Positions 8,557 to 18,334 of a stretch of 64,000 nucleotides of DNA are shown here, in pieces. The position numbers and the translations under genes are program-made. The stretch spans positions 758-64,757 of the forward strand of contig CALXLI010000004.1 in the NCBI GenBank assembly GCA_944389155.1. Reading direction: 5' to 3'. The notes below the pieces were generated by a model. That model had not been told where the DNA came from. It did no database searches and saw only the letters and a program-made list of their open reading frames with translations. Origin of the DNA: an uncultured Spirochaetaceae bacterium (GTDB taxonomy: Bacteria; Spirochaetota; Spirochaetia; Sphaerochaetales; Sphaerochaetaceae). Every line of letters starts with the position of its first letter. Within the stretch, counting starts at the first letter, position 1.

Positions 8557-11500
8557 CTACTCGTACTTAAGTATTTCACGGGGCTTGGAGCCATTTGCTG
8601 GACCTATTATGCCATTGTCTTCCATCATCTCGATAAGCCTGGCCGCCCTGTTGTACCCTATCTTCATCCTTCTCTGCAGGAATGATGCTGATGCCATCTT
8701 ACGCTCATAGACAATCTCCTTCGCCTTCTCATAGAGAACCTCGTCGCTGTCCTCATCGGAGACATCAACATCATCAGAGCCGCTATCGCTTTCCTGTACA
8801 GGTTCTTCGAAGATATCCTCAGCCAGATAATCAGGAGTAGAGTTCTTCTGCTCAAATGAGACAATCGCATCAACCTCCTCATCCGAGAGGAACGCCCCCT
8901 GTATTCTCTCATTGCCCATCACAGATGGATTCATGAAGAGCATATCGCCACGGCCAAGGAGATTCTCAGCTCCTCCATCATCAAGGATGATCCTTGAGTT
9001 GGTTGCGGATGAAACGGCAAAAGCTATGCGCGATGGGAAGTTGTTCTTGATCGTTCCCGTTATGACATCGGCAGATGGACGCTGGGTTGCAAGCACAAGA
9101 TGTATGCCAGCAGCTCTTGCCTTTGCCGCAAGACGCGCGACATAGTTCTCGATATCCTTTCCTACCGTTGTCATGAGATCGGCAAACTCATCCATGATCA
9201 GGACAATATACGGCATACGCTCAGCAGGGATATTCTCGCTGATGATCTTGGAGTTGAAGCCATCTATATTCCTGACGCCGTACTTCGAGAGCATCCTATA
9301 GCGCCTTTCCATCTCATCGCATAGCCAGGCAAGCGCCCGCACGACCTTCTTTGCCTCTGTGATTACAGGAGTCAGGAGATGCGGTATGCCATTGTACACA
9401 GAAAGCTCGACAACTTTCGGATCGACCATTATGAAACGGACATCCTGCGGTGCCCTCGTATATAGCACTGTGCAGATGAATGCGTTTATGCAGACAGACT
9501 TACCGGAACCTGTAGTTCCCGCAATGAGCATATGAGGCATCTTCGCTACATCTATGATCATTGGCTTGCCGGTTATCGTGCGGCCGAGGATCATAGGAAC
9601 ACGGAGCTTCTTCGCATCAGGATCCTTCTTCATAGCCTTGAGCATATCCTTGAATCCTATAACTGCCCTCTTGCGGTTAGGAACCTCTATTCCGACAGCC
9701 TGCTTGCCAGGAACTGGCGCAAGTATTCTTATCTGGACACCTCCAAGATTATAGGAAAGCTCATCGTAACGAGCACGGACACGGCTTACAGGAGTACCTT
9801 CCTTAAGCTTAAGCTCAAACATCGTTACAGTCGGGCCTTTGACGATATTGTCCAAAGAGACTTCCGTATGGAACTGCAGGAGTGTATTCACTATCTCCTC
9901 ACCCTGCTCACGCGTCAGATCATCAATCTCTGTTGATACCTCAGGATAATCCACAAGGAAATCAGCAGAAGGCGCTGTGTATCGCTTCTTGCTCCTTTTG
10001 GATATCCCCGCGAATCCAAGCTCATTGCTCTGGAGCCCTCCGATTCCAACGGAAAGAAGCAGCTCATTCTCCTGTGAGAAATCCTCTCTCTTCTCATCTT
10101 CCTGGAAAAGCGAGGGTTCCTCTTCCTTCTCAGGGGTTTTCTTCTTCAGAGGTGCAGAGAACGGATCGATAGCCTGAACCTTCTTCTCAACAGGCTTCTC
10201 ATCCTCAAGGATTGCTGTAGCTGCCACATCAATCTCTTCTTCCTCTTCAGCCTCCTTTTCCTTCTCAGCTTTGATGGCGGTTTCCTTCTTCAGGCTGACT
10301 TCAGGGATCGAGACCTTCTTCTTTTTCTCTTCAGTGCTGCTGAAGACTGTGCCGTATCCTGAAAGATCCTCTTCATCCTTCTCTTCCGGAACAAAGCTCT
10401 TTGAGGGGAAATGCGAAACGTTCTTGTTCTGGGACAGCGCTTCGAACAGCTTGTAGCGCGGATGCGAAGGCGAAAGATTTGAAGGAGCGATCGATGAATG
10501 CGGCTTCTCATCTTTCCTGCTTTTCTTCTCATCATCGTATCCGATGATCGGGCCTTGCTCCAAAGGAGGCGCTGATGATGTGGTCAATATGGATTCAAGG
10601 GTCGCTTCGAGCATGCCGCCCTTGTTGAATGTCATAGGCTTTGTGAAATCACTGCGCTTCCTGATCTCATCCTTCTTATCATTCCGTTCTATCTCATCCT
10701 TCAGCTGAGAGAACACTACTGTATCGTGAGAACGTACAGGACTCTCCTCTACAGGGGTTGGCTCAGCAGGAATCTCTTCCTCATCTTCATCCTCGCCATG
10801 GGAAAGGTCTATGGTTCTCAGCGATGGTATCGATGCTATATCTGGGAAAGACACAGGATCCGAAGGATTTACCGTATAAGAGCGGGAGGAAGCACCCACT
10901 GTCGTAAATGCATCAGCTGTATCATCTGAAACGCCATCATCGCCTTTGCCAAGCTTGCGTCTGGCCTTCTCCTCTTCCTTCCTGGCTTTCGCTTCCTGCT
11001 TTGCTGCATATTTCTGATAATGCTTCTCGTCCTTCGCCGCTTCCCTCTCGGCCTTCTTCTGCAGTTTTCTGTCCTTCTTCTCCTTGGCTTTCATGTATTT
11101 CAGAGCATCTTTATCATCTTTTGCCTTCTGCTTTGCATCATCCACAGCCTCTTCTGCATTCTCCACCTCTGCTTCTTTTTCAGAAGCTGCAGCATTCATC
11201 TTCTTCATACGAAGCTCGTGGCGCGACAGGATTCTCCTGTCAATAGGACGGAGCATGACAGGAAATGCAAAGAGAAGCATTATCTCAAGCGCTGTGCATA
11301 CCAGAAGAAGCCAGGGCTTATCGCCGGATACGTGGGACATAAGCCAAGCTGGTGAATCTATTCCGTTAATGATATGAGCATATACAAGCACTGTTGTGTA
11401 TATAAGCGCGATGAGAAGAAACGAGATGTACATGCTCGCTCTCTTCTTCCTTCTATATGCAAGCATGAATACAGCTTCTGCCAAAAACGCGGCAGCCAGG

Positions 11501-11724
11501 CTCATCGAGCCATAAAGCTCCGACGACAGCGATACGCACTCAAGCGCATTCTTCACATACCCATCAAATGGCGGAAGTATCATCTGACGGGAATACATCA
11601 GGCAGATGCCAGAGAAAAGCAGTGCCAGCAAGATCAATACAATGGCAAAAGCCAGGGAGGTCCGGTAATTCTTAGCCTTCATTTCTTTTCCAATTCTCAA
11701 GGACGCAGATTGTCCTTCTTTCAT
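8557..11724 (-). CDS. ftsK: DNA translocase FtsK/SpoIIIE
   Basis: N-terminal TM helices, a long Lys/Glu-rich linker, a motor domain with Walker A GTTGSGKS and Walker B LIMDEFADL, and a C-terminal gamma-type winged helix (SASFLQRRMKIGYNRAARLIEMME). An alternative ATG at 11682 (MKAKNYRT) is possible. Confidence 0.93.
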   Translation of the reverse strand: MKEGQSASLRIGKEMKAKNYRTSLAFAIVLILLALLFSGICLMYSRQMILPPFDGYVKNALECVSLSSELYGSMSLAAAFLAEAVFMLAYRRKKRASMYISFLLIALIYTTVLVYAHIINGIDSPAWLMSHVSGDKPWLLLVCTALEIMLLFAFPVMLRPIDRRILSRHELRMKKMNAAASEKEAEVENAEEAVDDAKQKAKDDKDALKYMKAKEKKDRKLQKKAEREAAKDEKHYQKYAAKQEAKARKEEEKARRKLGKGDDGVSDDTADAFTTVGASSRSYTVNPSDPVSFPDIASIPSLRTIDLSHGEDEDEEEIPAEPTPVEESPVRSHDTVVFSQLKDEIERNDKKDEIRKRSDFTKPMTFNKGGMLEATLESILTTSSAPPLEQGPIIGYDDEKKSRKDEKPHSSIAPSNLSPSHPRYKLFEALSQNKNVSHFPSKSFVPEEKDEEDLSGYGTVFSSTEEKKKKVSIPEVSLKKETAIKAEKEKEAEEEEEIDVAATAILEDEKPVEKKVQAIDPFSAPLKKKTPEKEEEPSLFQEDEKREDFSQENELLLSVGIGGLQSNELGFAGISKRSKKRYTAPSADFLVDYPEVSTEIDDLTREQGEEIVNTLLQFHTEVSLDNIVKGPTVTMFELKLKEGTPVSRVRARYDELSYNLGGVQIRILAPVPGKQAVGIEVPNRKRAVIGFKDMLKAMKKDPDAKKLRVPMILGRTITGKPMIIDVAKMPHMLIAGTTGSGKSVCINAFICTVLYTRAPQDVRFIMVDPKVVELSVYNGIPHLLTPVITEAKKVVRALAWLCDEMERRYRMLSKYGVRNIDGFNSKIISENIPAERMPYIVLIMDEFADLMTTVGKDIENYVARLAAKARAAGIHLVLATQRPSADVITGTIKNNFPSRIAFAVSSATNSRIILDDGGAENLLGRGDMLFMNPSVMGNERIQGAFLSDEEVDAIVSFEQKNSTPDYLAEDIFEEPVQESDSGSDDVDVSDEDSDEVLYEKAKEIVYERKMASASFLQRRMKIGYNRAARLIEMMEDNGIIGPANGSKPREILKYE

Positions 11725-12346
11725 CTAGATAGGGAACACGTATGTCCTCTATCGTGGCCTCGAACCCATAGCCCTCTCCCCGCAGGACTTCAAGCTCAGA
11801 GGCCGCATTAGCACGCTGCCCTTTATAGAATATCCCAACACCATCAGGCTGCAGCAGCGACAGCACAGATTCAGCGACATCATAAAGCGGATGAAAAGCC
11901 CTTGCGGTTACCGTACTGAACTTCCTCTTCACTTCCTTTATGTCTTTATCGAAGACCGTGGCATTCCCAAGCCCTGTACGGGCAATCACACCTTCAAGGA
12001 AGCCTACCCTCCTTCTCATCCTCTCGATCAGCACGAATGACCTATCAGGGAGAATGATAGAAAGCACTATCCCAGGAAAACCAGCTCCAGAACCAAGATC
12101 CGCTATCGTGTCACCTGGCTTTGTGTAGCGCATGAATGCCGGATAAGCCGAAGCAGAGTCCAGCACATGCCTTATAAGTATCTCATCAGGGTCTTTATCC
12201 CCGACAAGCTTGTAGACGGGATTGAACAGCATTATCTCGCTGACGAATGTATCGATATCGCCCAATACACCATCATCGAAGGGTATTCCTATTCTCTCCA
12301 GGCCGGAAACCAGCAGTTCTTTATCCACGTCCGCTCCTAATCGCAA
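11672..12346 (-). CDS. rsmG: 16S rRNA (guanine527-N7)-methyltransferase
   Basis: 224 aa with the SAM motif DLGSGAGFPG. Classic position downstream of mnmG. Confidence 0.9.
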   Translation of the reverse strand: MRLGADVDKELLVSGLERIGIPFDDGVLGDIDTFVSEIMLFNPVYKLVGDKDPDEILIRHVLDSASAYPAFMRYTKPGDTIADLGSGAGFPGIVLSIILPDRSFVLIERMRRRVGFLEGVIARTGLGNATVFDKDIKEVKRKFSTVTARAFHPLYDVAESVLSLLQPDGVGIFYKGQRANAASELEVLRGEGYGFEATIEDIRVPYLDERRTICVLENWKRNEG

Positions 12347-14111
12347 CAGCCAATACCGCTATATCAGAGACACGTACGCCGGAAATCCGCATAGCCTGTC
12401 CAAGAGACAACGGCCTGACTGCCTTCAGCTTCTCCCTAGATTCAGAAGAGATGCCGTCAATGCTATCATAATCAAAATCGGCAGGAATCGCCATATTCTC
12501 CTCGCGTCTTGTCTTCTCAGCTTCTCTTTCCTGCCGTAGAAGATATCCTGAATATCTTATATCAAGCTCGACGCGGGAAAGAACACCCTCAGGATAATCA
12601 GCAAGCTCGGCAATTCCAAGCTCCCTTATATCCTGTCCGGGCTCTTTCAGCCTATCATATGCACTCTTGCCGCCACAGCGCTTATGCTTGAGTATTGAAA
12701 CAACCTCATCAAGCTCACGCCTCTTTCTTTCAAACCTTTCTGCCTTATCCTTGGCGGCAAGTCCTATCTTGATACCAATTGGAGTCAAGCGCTCGTCGGC
12801 AGTGTCATGCCTCAATGATAGCCTGTACTCAGCCCGTGATGTGAACATCCTATAGGGCTCTTTCGTGCCTTTCGTTACAAGATCGTCTATCAGGACACCT
12901 ATATAAGCCTCTGTACGGGAAAGCACTATGCCTTTGTTCCCCTTAAGGCGTTCTGCAGCGTTTATGCCAGCCATAAGCCCCTGAGCAGCAGCCTCTTCAT
13001 ATCCAGACGTGCCATTTGTCTGGCCTGCTATGAAAAGGGATGGAAGGATCTTGCTTTCAAGCGTCGGATAGAGATCAAGAGGATCAAGGTAATCATATTC
13101 GACAGCATAGGCTGGCCTCATCACCTCAGCATGCCTCAAGCCAGGAATCGAATGGATGAAAGCCCTTTGGACATCCTCCGGAAGTGATGATGAAAGCCCA
13201 TTGAGATACATCTCCTCACTTCCAAGACCCTCTGGCTCAACGAATATCTGATGCCGCTCCCTGTCAGGAAAGCGTACGACCTTATCCTCTATGGACGGGC
13301 AGTAGCGCGGCCCCTTTCCGACAATCTTCCCCCCATAAAGAGGCGAACGGGATATATTCTCCCTTATTATCCTATGTGTCTCTTCGTTCGTATATGTCAC
13401 ATAACACGGAAGCGATGGACGGGAGACAGCATCGTTATCAAAGGAGAAAGGCTCTTCCTTATCACCTTCCTGGATTTCCATCTCCTCCAGGTCCAATGAT
13501 GAGAGAAGGACACGGGCTGGGGTCCCTGTCTTCATGCGTCCGGTATGGAAGCCAAGGCGCCTCAGGCTATCGCCAAGGCCTATCGCGGCATTCTCGCCAA
13601 GCCTCCCTGCGCTTGCATCATATTCGCCTATGAATATGCGGCCATCCATGAAAGTGCCTGTCGTAAGCACAACGACAGAGGAGCTTATCCTCCATCCTCG
13701 CTCTGTAACAACGCCCCTGCATTCACCGTCCTCAACGATGAAGTCCGTGACAGTATCCATGAAAAGATGCAGATGGCTCTGCTTCTCAAGCGTCTCCTTT
13801 GCCTTGCGGGAATAGGAGAATTTGTCAGCCTGTGCACGTGGTGCCTGTACAGCAGGTCCTCTTCGCCTGTTCAGGATCCTGTACTGTATCATAGTACTGT
13901 CGATAAGATGGGCCATCTCTCCGCCAAGGGCATCGATCTCCCTTACAAGATTCCCTTTTGCAAGACCTCCGATTGAAGGATTGCAGCTCATCCTTCCTAT
14001 TGTATCAAGGCTCTGCGTAACAAGAAGCGTCTCAAAGCCCTCCCTAGAGAGAGCAAGGCATGCTTCTATTCCTGCGTGACCGCCACCTATAACTATCGCA
14101 TCATAATCCAT
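12321..14111 (-). CDS. mnmG: tRNA uridine 5-carboxymethylaminomethyl modification enzyme MnmG (GidA)
   Basis: 596 aa with the N-terminal FAD motif YDAIVIGGGHAGIEA, conserved blocks such as GPRYCPSIEDK, and QTNGTSGYEEAAAQG. Confidence 0.96.
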   Translation of the reverse strand: MDYDAIVIGGGHAGIEACLALSREGFETLLVTQSLDTIGRMSCNPSIGGLAKGNLVREIDALGGEMAHLIDSTMIQYRILNRRRGPAVQAPRAQADKFSYSRKAKETLEKQSHLHLFMDTVTDFIVEDGECRGVVTERGWRISSSVVVLTTGTFMDGRIFIGEYDASAGRLGENAAIGLGDSLRRLGFHTGRMKTGTPARVLLSSLDLEEMEIQEGDKEEPFSFDNDAVSRPSLPCYVTYTNEETHRIIRENISRSPLYGGKIVGKGPRYCPSIEDKVVRFPDRERHQIFVEPEGLGSEEMYLNGLSSSLPEDVQRAFIHSIPGLRHAEVMRPAYAVEYDYLDPLDLYPTLESKILPSLFIAGQTNGTSGYEEAAAQGLMAGINAAERLKGNKGIVLSRTEAYIGVLIDDLVTKGTKEPYRMFTSRAEYRLSLRHDTADERLTPIGIKIGLAAKDKAERFERKRRELDEVVSILKHKRCGGKSAYDRLKEPGQDIRELGIAELADYPEGVLSRVELDIRYSGYLLRQEREAEKTRREENMAIPADFDYDSIDGISSESREKLKAVRPLSLGQAMRISGVRVSDIAVLAVAIRSGRG

Positions 14112-14114
14112 AAA

Positions 14115-15425
14115 TCACTTTCCTAAGCAGAACGAGGAGAAAAGACGCTCCAGGACATCATCATTTGTCACTTCTCCTGTCAGAGCAGATAGAGATGATA
14201 GCGCCGATTGGAAATACATGGCTACTACGTCCTCTCCCATAGGCAATGCCTTCTCAGCATCCTCCAAAGCCTCTACAGTCTCCTCAAGCGCTTCAAGCTG
14301 TCTCTCCGAATCTATATGCGGAACAGAAGAGAGCGCTGCATCTGAAGAGACAAGCTTCTCCTTGATAGCTTTTATTACCTCATCAATGCCATCTCCTGTG
14401 ATGGAAGAGAATGAAAGATAATCCTGATTGCCTGTTATATCCTTCTTTGAGCGCACATGGATGGCGTTATCCGAAACAGGGTAATCATCCGTTTCATCTC
14501 CGTCGAGGACATAGACTATAAGATCTGCATCCTTCATAAGATCCCTTGATCGCCTTATACCCTCTCTCTCAACGCTTCCTTCCGCTTCCCTTATGCCGGC
14601 TGTATCAAAAAGACGCACAGGAATGCCATCGATAACAGCATCGCTCTCAATATAATCCCTTGTCGTCCCCTCCTCGTCTGATACTATAGCCCTGTTCTCC
14701 TTCAGTATCGTATTGTAAAGAGAACTCTTGCCAGCATTGGTACGCCCTATGAGGACAACCGATGCACCGTGGCTGTAAAGACGGGACGAAGAATATGTCG
14801 AAGCTATCATTGATAGCCTATTCTTGATCCTATCAACCTTTTCGTGAGGGAATATCCAATCTTCAGGAACATCATCCTCTCCGTAATCAAGCTGGACCTC
14901 CAAGGATGCAAGGATATCCAGGATCTCATTCTTCGCCTTATCAGCTTCTGCTCTTATCGCACCGGTAAGACGGGAAAGCGCATCCCTGCCAGCCCTTTCT
15001 GTCTTCGCGCTGACAATCTCCTCGACGGCCTCCGCCTCTGTCAGGTCCATGCGGCCATGCATGAATGCCCTGTATGTGAACTCTCCGCGCTCTGCTTCCC
15101 TGATGCCCAGCTCTTCAAGCATCTTCGATATCATCCTTATCACAGGGAGAGAACCATGACACATTATCTCAAAGGCCTCTTCTCCCGTATAACCATGGCC
15201 GTGATCATATCTGATGACCATGACCTCATCAATCAAACCGCCATTGCCATCTTTCAGGAAGCCATGGACAGCACTGCCGCTTGCCCGCCCTTCAAGCTTT
15301 GATGAAAAGCGGGAGGAAAGCAGGGAAAGCACCCCCTCTCCTGATGCTCTTATGACAGCTAAAGCCGAAGGAGAATAAGGAGTTGCCAGAGCATATATAG
15401 GTTCATCGGTTGCATAGTGTGCCAT
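14115..15425 (-). CDS. mnmE: tRNA modification GTPase MnmE (TrmE)
   Basis: G-domain motifs GRTNAGKSS and DTAGIRE, plus the C-terminal CLGK tetrapeptide typical of MnmE. The track ORF extends to 15503, but MAHYATDEPIYALATP (ATG at 15425) matches the usual N-terminus. Confidence 0.92.
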   Translation of the reverse strand: MAHYATDEPIYALATPYSPSALAVIRASGEGVLSLLSSRFSSKLEGRASGSAVHGFLKDGNGGLIDEVMVIRYDHGHGYTGEEAFEIMCHGSLPVIRMISKMLEELGIREAERGEFTYRAFMHGRMDLTEAEAVEEIVSAKTERAGRDALSRLTGAIRAEADKAKNEILDILASLEVQLDYGEDDVPEDWIFPHEKVDRIKNRLSMIASTYSSSRLYSHGASVVLIGRTNAGKSSLYNTILKENRAIVSDEEGTTRDYIESDAVIDGIPVRLFDTAGIREAEGSVEREGIRRSRDLMKDADLIVYVLDGDETDDYPVSDNAIHVRSKKDITGNQDYLSFSSITGDGIDEVIKAIKEKLVSSDAALSSVPHIDSERQLEALEETVEALEDAEKALPMGEDVVAMYFQSALSSLSALTGEVTNDDVLERLFSSFCLGK

Positions 15426-15489
15426 ATATTCCGATACTATATATCCTTGGCTCTTGTTGCAACCGATCCTGAGCTTTAGAATCAAGGAC

Positions 15490-16482
15490 ATGTTTGACTT
15501 CAAAGCTGCTGCAAGACGCTCAGAGCTATGCAGGAATATAAGAGCCTATTTCGATGGAAAGGGATACCTTGAAGTATCTACTCCGACGCTATCGCCATAT
15601 CTCATACCAGAACCCACGATAAAAGCATTCAGGACAGAGTTCAGGAATGAGTTTGCCGGGAACATGGATCTTTACCTGATCCCGTCTCCTGAGATATTCA
15701 TGAAAAGGCTCCTGGCCGCAGGCTCGCCCTCAATCTATCAGATAAGCACATGCTTCAGGAATGCTGAGCAGCTTGGCCATGTGCATAATCCTGAGTTCAT
15801 GATGCTTGAGTACTACACACTGGATTTCGATGATAAGGACTCAATAGCGCTGACTATCGACATGATAGACAAGACGAAGATAGCAGAACATCAGGAATGG
15901 ATGGACAAGGAAAGCCTTATCATAACGATGGCAGAGGCCATGGAAAGATGGGCAGGCGTGGATATGGAAAAAGCCGAGGACATCGGATACATAAGGAAAG
16001 AAGCAGAGAGGCTTGGACTCACGCCAGATGCATCAGATACCTGGAATGATATCTTCAACAGGATATTCCTGACATATGTAGAGACATCAATTCCAAAGGA
16101 CAGGCCTGTATATATCACAGACTATCCGGACAAGATCAACTGCCTTGCAAAGGCATACAGCGACAAGCCATGCCGCAAAAGGTGGGAGATGTATATAAAC
16201 GGAATAGAAATCGCAAACTGCTACGACGAGGAGACAGACAAGGAAGCGACAAGAAAGTACTTCGAAGAGGAAGAGGCAACGCTTATACGGGAAAGAGAAG
16301 GAACAGGTGATGCAATCCCTCCAGCAGACCCATCATTTCCTGATCTTGCTATCCCCCAGTCTTCCGGCGTTGCAATGGGACTGGACAGGCTGCTTGCGGC
16401 TGAGATGGGAGTTAATTCAATAGAGCCTTTACTTTTATTCCCTCTTTCTGATATGCTTGTCCGCGGTAAATCCAGAGAATAG
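15490..16482 (+). CDS. epmA: Elongation factor P--(R)-beta-lysine ligase (PoxA/GenX, truncated class II LysRS paralogue)
   Basis: Class II aaRS core without an anticodon domain (GYLEVSTPTLS, FRNAEQ.GHVHNPEFMMLEYY, GVAMGLDRLL), sitting directly upstream of efp. The track ORF begins at a TTG at 15454; the first ATG is 15490. Confidence 0.85.
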   Translation: MFDFKAAARRSELCRNIRAYFDGKGYLEVSTPTLSPYLIPEPTIKAFRTEFRNEFAGNMDLYLIPSPEIFMKRLLAAGSPSIYQISTCFRNAEQLGHVHNPEFMMLEYYTLDFDDKDSIALTIDMIDKTKIAEHQEWMDKESLIITMAEAMERWAGVDMEKAEDIGYIRKEAERLGLTPDASDTWNDIFNRIFLTYVETSIPKDRPVYITDYPDKINCLAKAYSDKPCRKRWEMYINGIEIANCYDEETDKEATRKYFEEEEATLIREREGTGDAIPPADPSFPDLAIPQSSGVAMGLDRLLAAEMGVNSIEPLLLFPLSDMLVRGKSRE

Positions 16483-16499
16483 ACAAGAGGTATTATATC

Positions 16500-17063
16500 A
16501 TGATTAAAGCAGGTCAGATTGATAAGGGAACAGCGCTTCTGATCAAGGGACAGCCATTTGTCTGCATTGAGCGTGAGTTCGTAAACCCTGGAAAGGGTTC
16601 GGCATTTGTGCGTCTGAAGCTCAAGAGCCCAGCAACAGGCCAGGTTCTCTCAGAAACGATGAAGAGCCAGGATAATGCTGAGGATATCACAGTAGAGGAC
16701 AGGGATCTCCAGTATCTTTACAACGATGGTGAGAACTTCTATTTCCAGAATACGGACACATTCGACCAGGTCGATGTACCTATGAAGTCATTCACTGATT
16801 ATGAGTATTTCATGAAAGAGGGTGAGACTTACAGGGCAACATTCTGGGAAGATCAGGTTCTTGATATCATCATACCATCAAAGATCGTATTCACAGTTGC
16901 TGAAGCTGAAGAAGCTGTCAAGGGCGATACAGTCCAGGGTGCCACAAAGTATGTGACAACAGAGACAGGACTCCGTGTCCGTGTGCCTATCTTCATCAAG
17001 CAGGGTGAGAAGATCAGGGTCAACACAGAGACCAAAGAGTATCTTGAGAGAGTAAACAGCTGA
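16500..17063 (+). CDS. efp: Elongation factor P (Lys-type loop PGKGSAF)
   Basis: 187 aa reading MIKAGQIDKGTALLIKGQPFVCIEREFVNPGKGSAFVRLKLK. The conserved loop lysine is present. Confidence 0.96.
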   Translation: MIKAGQIDKGTALLIKGQPFVCIEREFVNPGKGSAFVRLKLKSPATGQVLSETMKSQDNAEDITVEDRDLQYLYNDGENFYFQNTDTFDQVDVPMKSFTDYEYFMKEGETYRATFWEDQVLDIIIPSKIVFTVAEAEEAVKGDTVQGATKYVTTETGLRVRVPIFIKQGEKIRVNTETKEYLERVNS

Positions 17064-17084
17064 AGATATGAAATAAAGAAGAGA

Positions 17085-17115
17085 AGCCCCACGGAAGTGC
17101 GGGCTTTTCTATTTT
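17085..17115 (+). terminator. Rho-independent terminator after efp
   Basis: AGCCCCAC-GGAA-GTGCGGGCT hairpin (8 bp with one bulge) followed by TTTTCTATTTT. Confidence 0.6.
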
Positions 17116-17139
17116 CGGCAAAACAAGTACCCTTCTTCT

Positions 17140-18219
17140 ATGTCCAGAACGATTTACGTTATATACGGCAAGGATGCGGAAACGATGACAGACAATCTTC
17201 TTTCTGCCTATGGCCTTGAGAGAAAGATAGAAGGAAAGGAAAGCTTTGTCCTGAAGCCGAATCTTGTAACAGCATCACTTCCTGATAATGGTGCAACAAC
17301 CCATACAGAGATCATCGAAGCAATAATCAAGCGTCTTCATAGATGTGGGAAGAAGAACATAACGATTGCAGAAAGCTCTTGGGTCGGAGCATCTACCGAA
17401 GAGGCAATGAGGCGCCTCGGCTATCATGATATAGCAAGGAAGTATGATGTGAAGCTTCTGGATATCAAGAAAGATAAATTCCGGAAAGCAGAATACGACG
17501 GGGTACAGATCGAATTATCAGAGAGCGTGCTGAATGCTGACTTCGTAATAAACCTCCCTGTTCTGAAAGGACACTGCCAAACCAAGATGACATCAGCAAT
17601 GAAGAATCTCAAGGGATGCATCTCAGACAGATCCAAGAGGGATTTCCATAGATGGGGACTGATGAAGCCGATAGCAGCTCTTAATGCACTCATCACTCCT
17701 TCCCTTACTATTGTCGACAGCATCTGCGGAGACCTTGACTTCGAGGAAGGCGGAACTCCTGTAGAGACTGATAGGATGATGCTTTCGGAGGATCCGATTG
17801 CACTTGATGTATTAGGTGCATCCCTCATGGGCTACACACCTGAAGAGATTCCCTATATCACAATCGGCGCAGCTTACAGGAATGTCAGCACAAAGCTTGA
17901 TGATATAGACATAGTGACATTGAACAAACCAGAGAAGGGAAATGCAAAGCCTAAGGGAACCACTGCCCGGCTTGCACGCTATACCGATCCAGACCAGGCT
18001 TGCTCAGCCTGTTACGCTTCTCTCATCCATGCCATCAAGCGTCTGGATGAGGATGGCGGAATAGGAAGACTTGCAGGAAAGAGAATAGCTGTCGGCCAAG
18101 GCTGGCGAGGAAAGGAATCAGAGATAGGATCCGGTGCATGCTGCAAATGTGCAAAGCATTCAGTGCAGGGCTGTCCTCCCTCTGCATCAGATATACTTTC
18201 GATGCTTAAGAAGTTATAA
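17140..18219 (+). CDS. DUF362 domain protein (function unknown, Cys-rich C-terminus)
   Basis: 359 aa. The N-terminal pattern VLKPNLV...ATTHTEIIEAII and the block LPVLKGHCQTKMTSAMKNLKG match my memory of DUF362. C-terminal cysteines are CSACYAS and GACCKCAKHSVQGC. Confidence 0.65.
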   Translation: MSRTIYVIYGKDAETMTDNLLSAYGLERKIEGKESFVLKPNLVTASLPDNGATTHTEIIEAIIKRLHRCGKKNITIAESSWVGASTEEAMRRLGYHDIARKYDVKLLDIKKDKFRKAEYDGVQIELSESVLNADFVINLPVLKGHCQTKMTSAMKNLKGCISDRSKRDFHRWGLMKPIAALNALITPSLTIVDSICGDLDFEEGGTPVETDRMMLSEDPIALDVLGASLMGYTPEEIPYITIGAAYRNVSTKLDDIDIVTLNKPEKGNAKPKGTTARLARYTDPDQACSACYASLIHAIKRLDEDGGIGRLAGKRIAVGQGWRGKESEIGSGACCKCAKHSVQGCPPSASDILSMLKKL

Positions 18220-18334
18220 ACTATAGCTAAGTAGGAATGAATAAAACAATTAATATATGAGTTTATCTTGACACAATCACTATCTGTTGTTTTTATTGAC
18301 ACTTTGTGCCTATTCTGTTAAGTTCTTCAACGTT

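Noticed and set aside
9970-11232. GAA/AAG-rich quasi-repetitive DNA that at first glance could be a tandem repeat or CRISPR-like array.
   Set aside because: There are no regular repeat/spacer units. The tract stays in frame as the charged FtsK linker.
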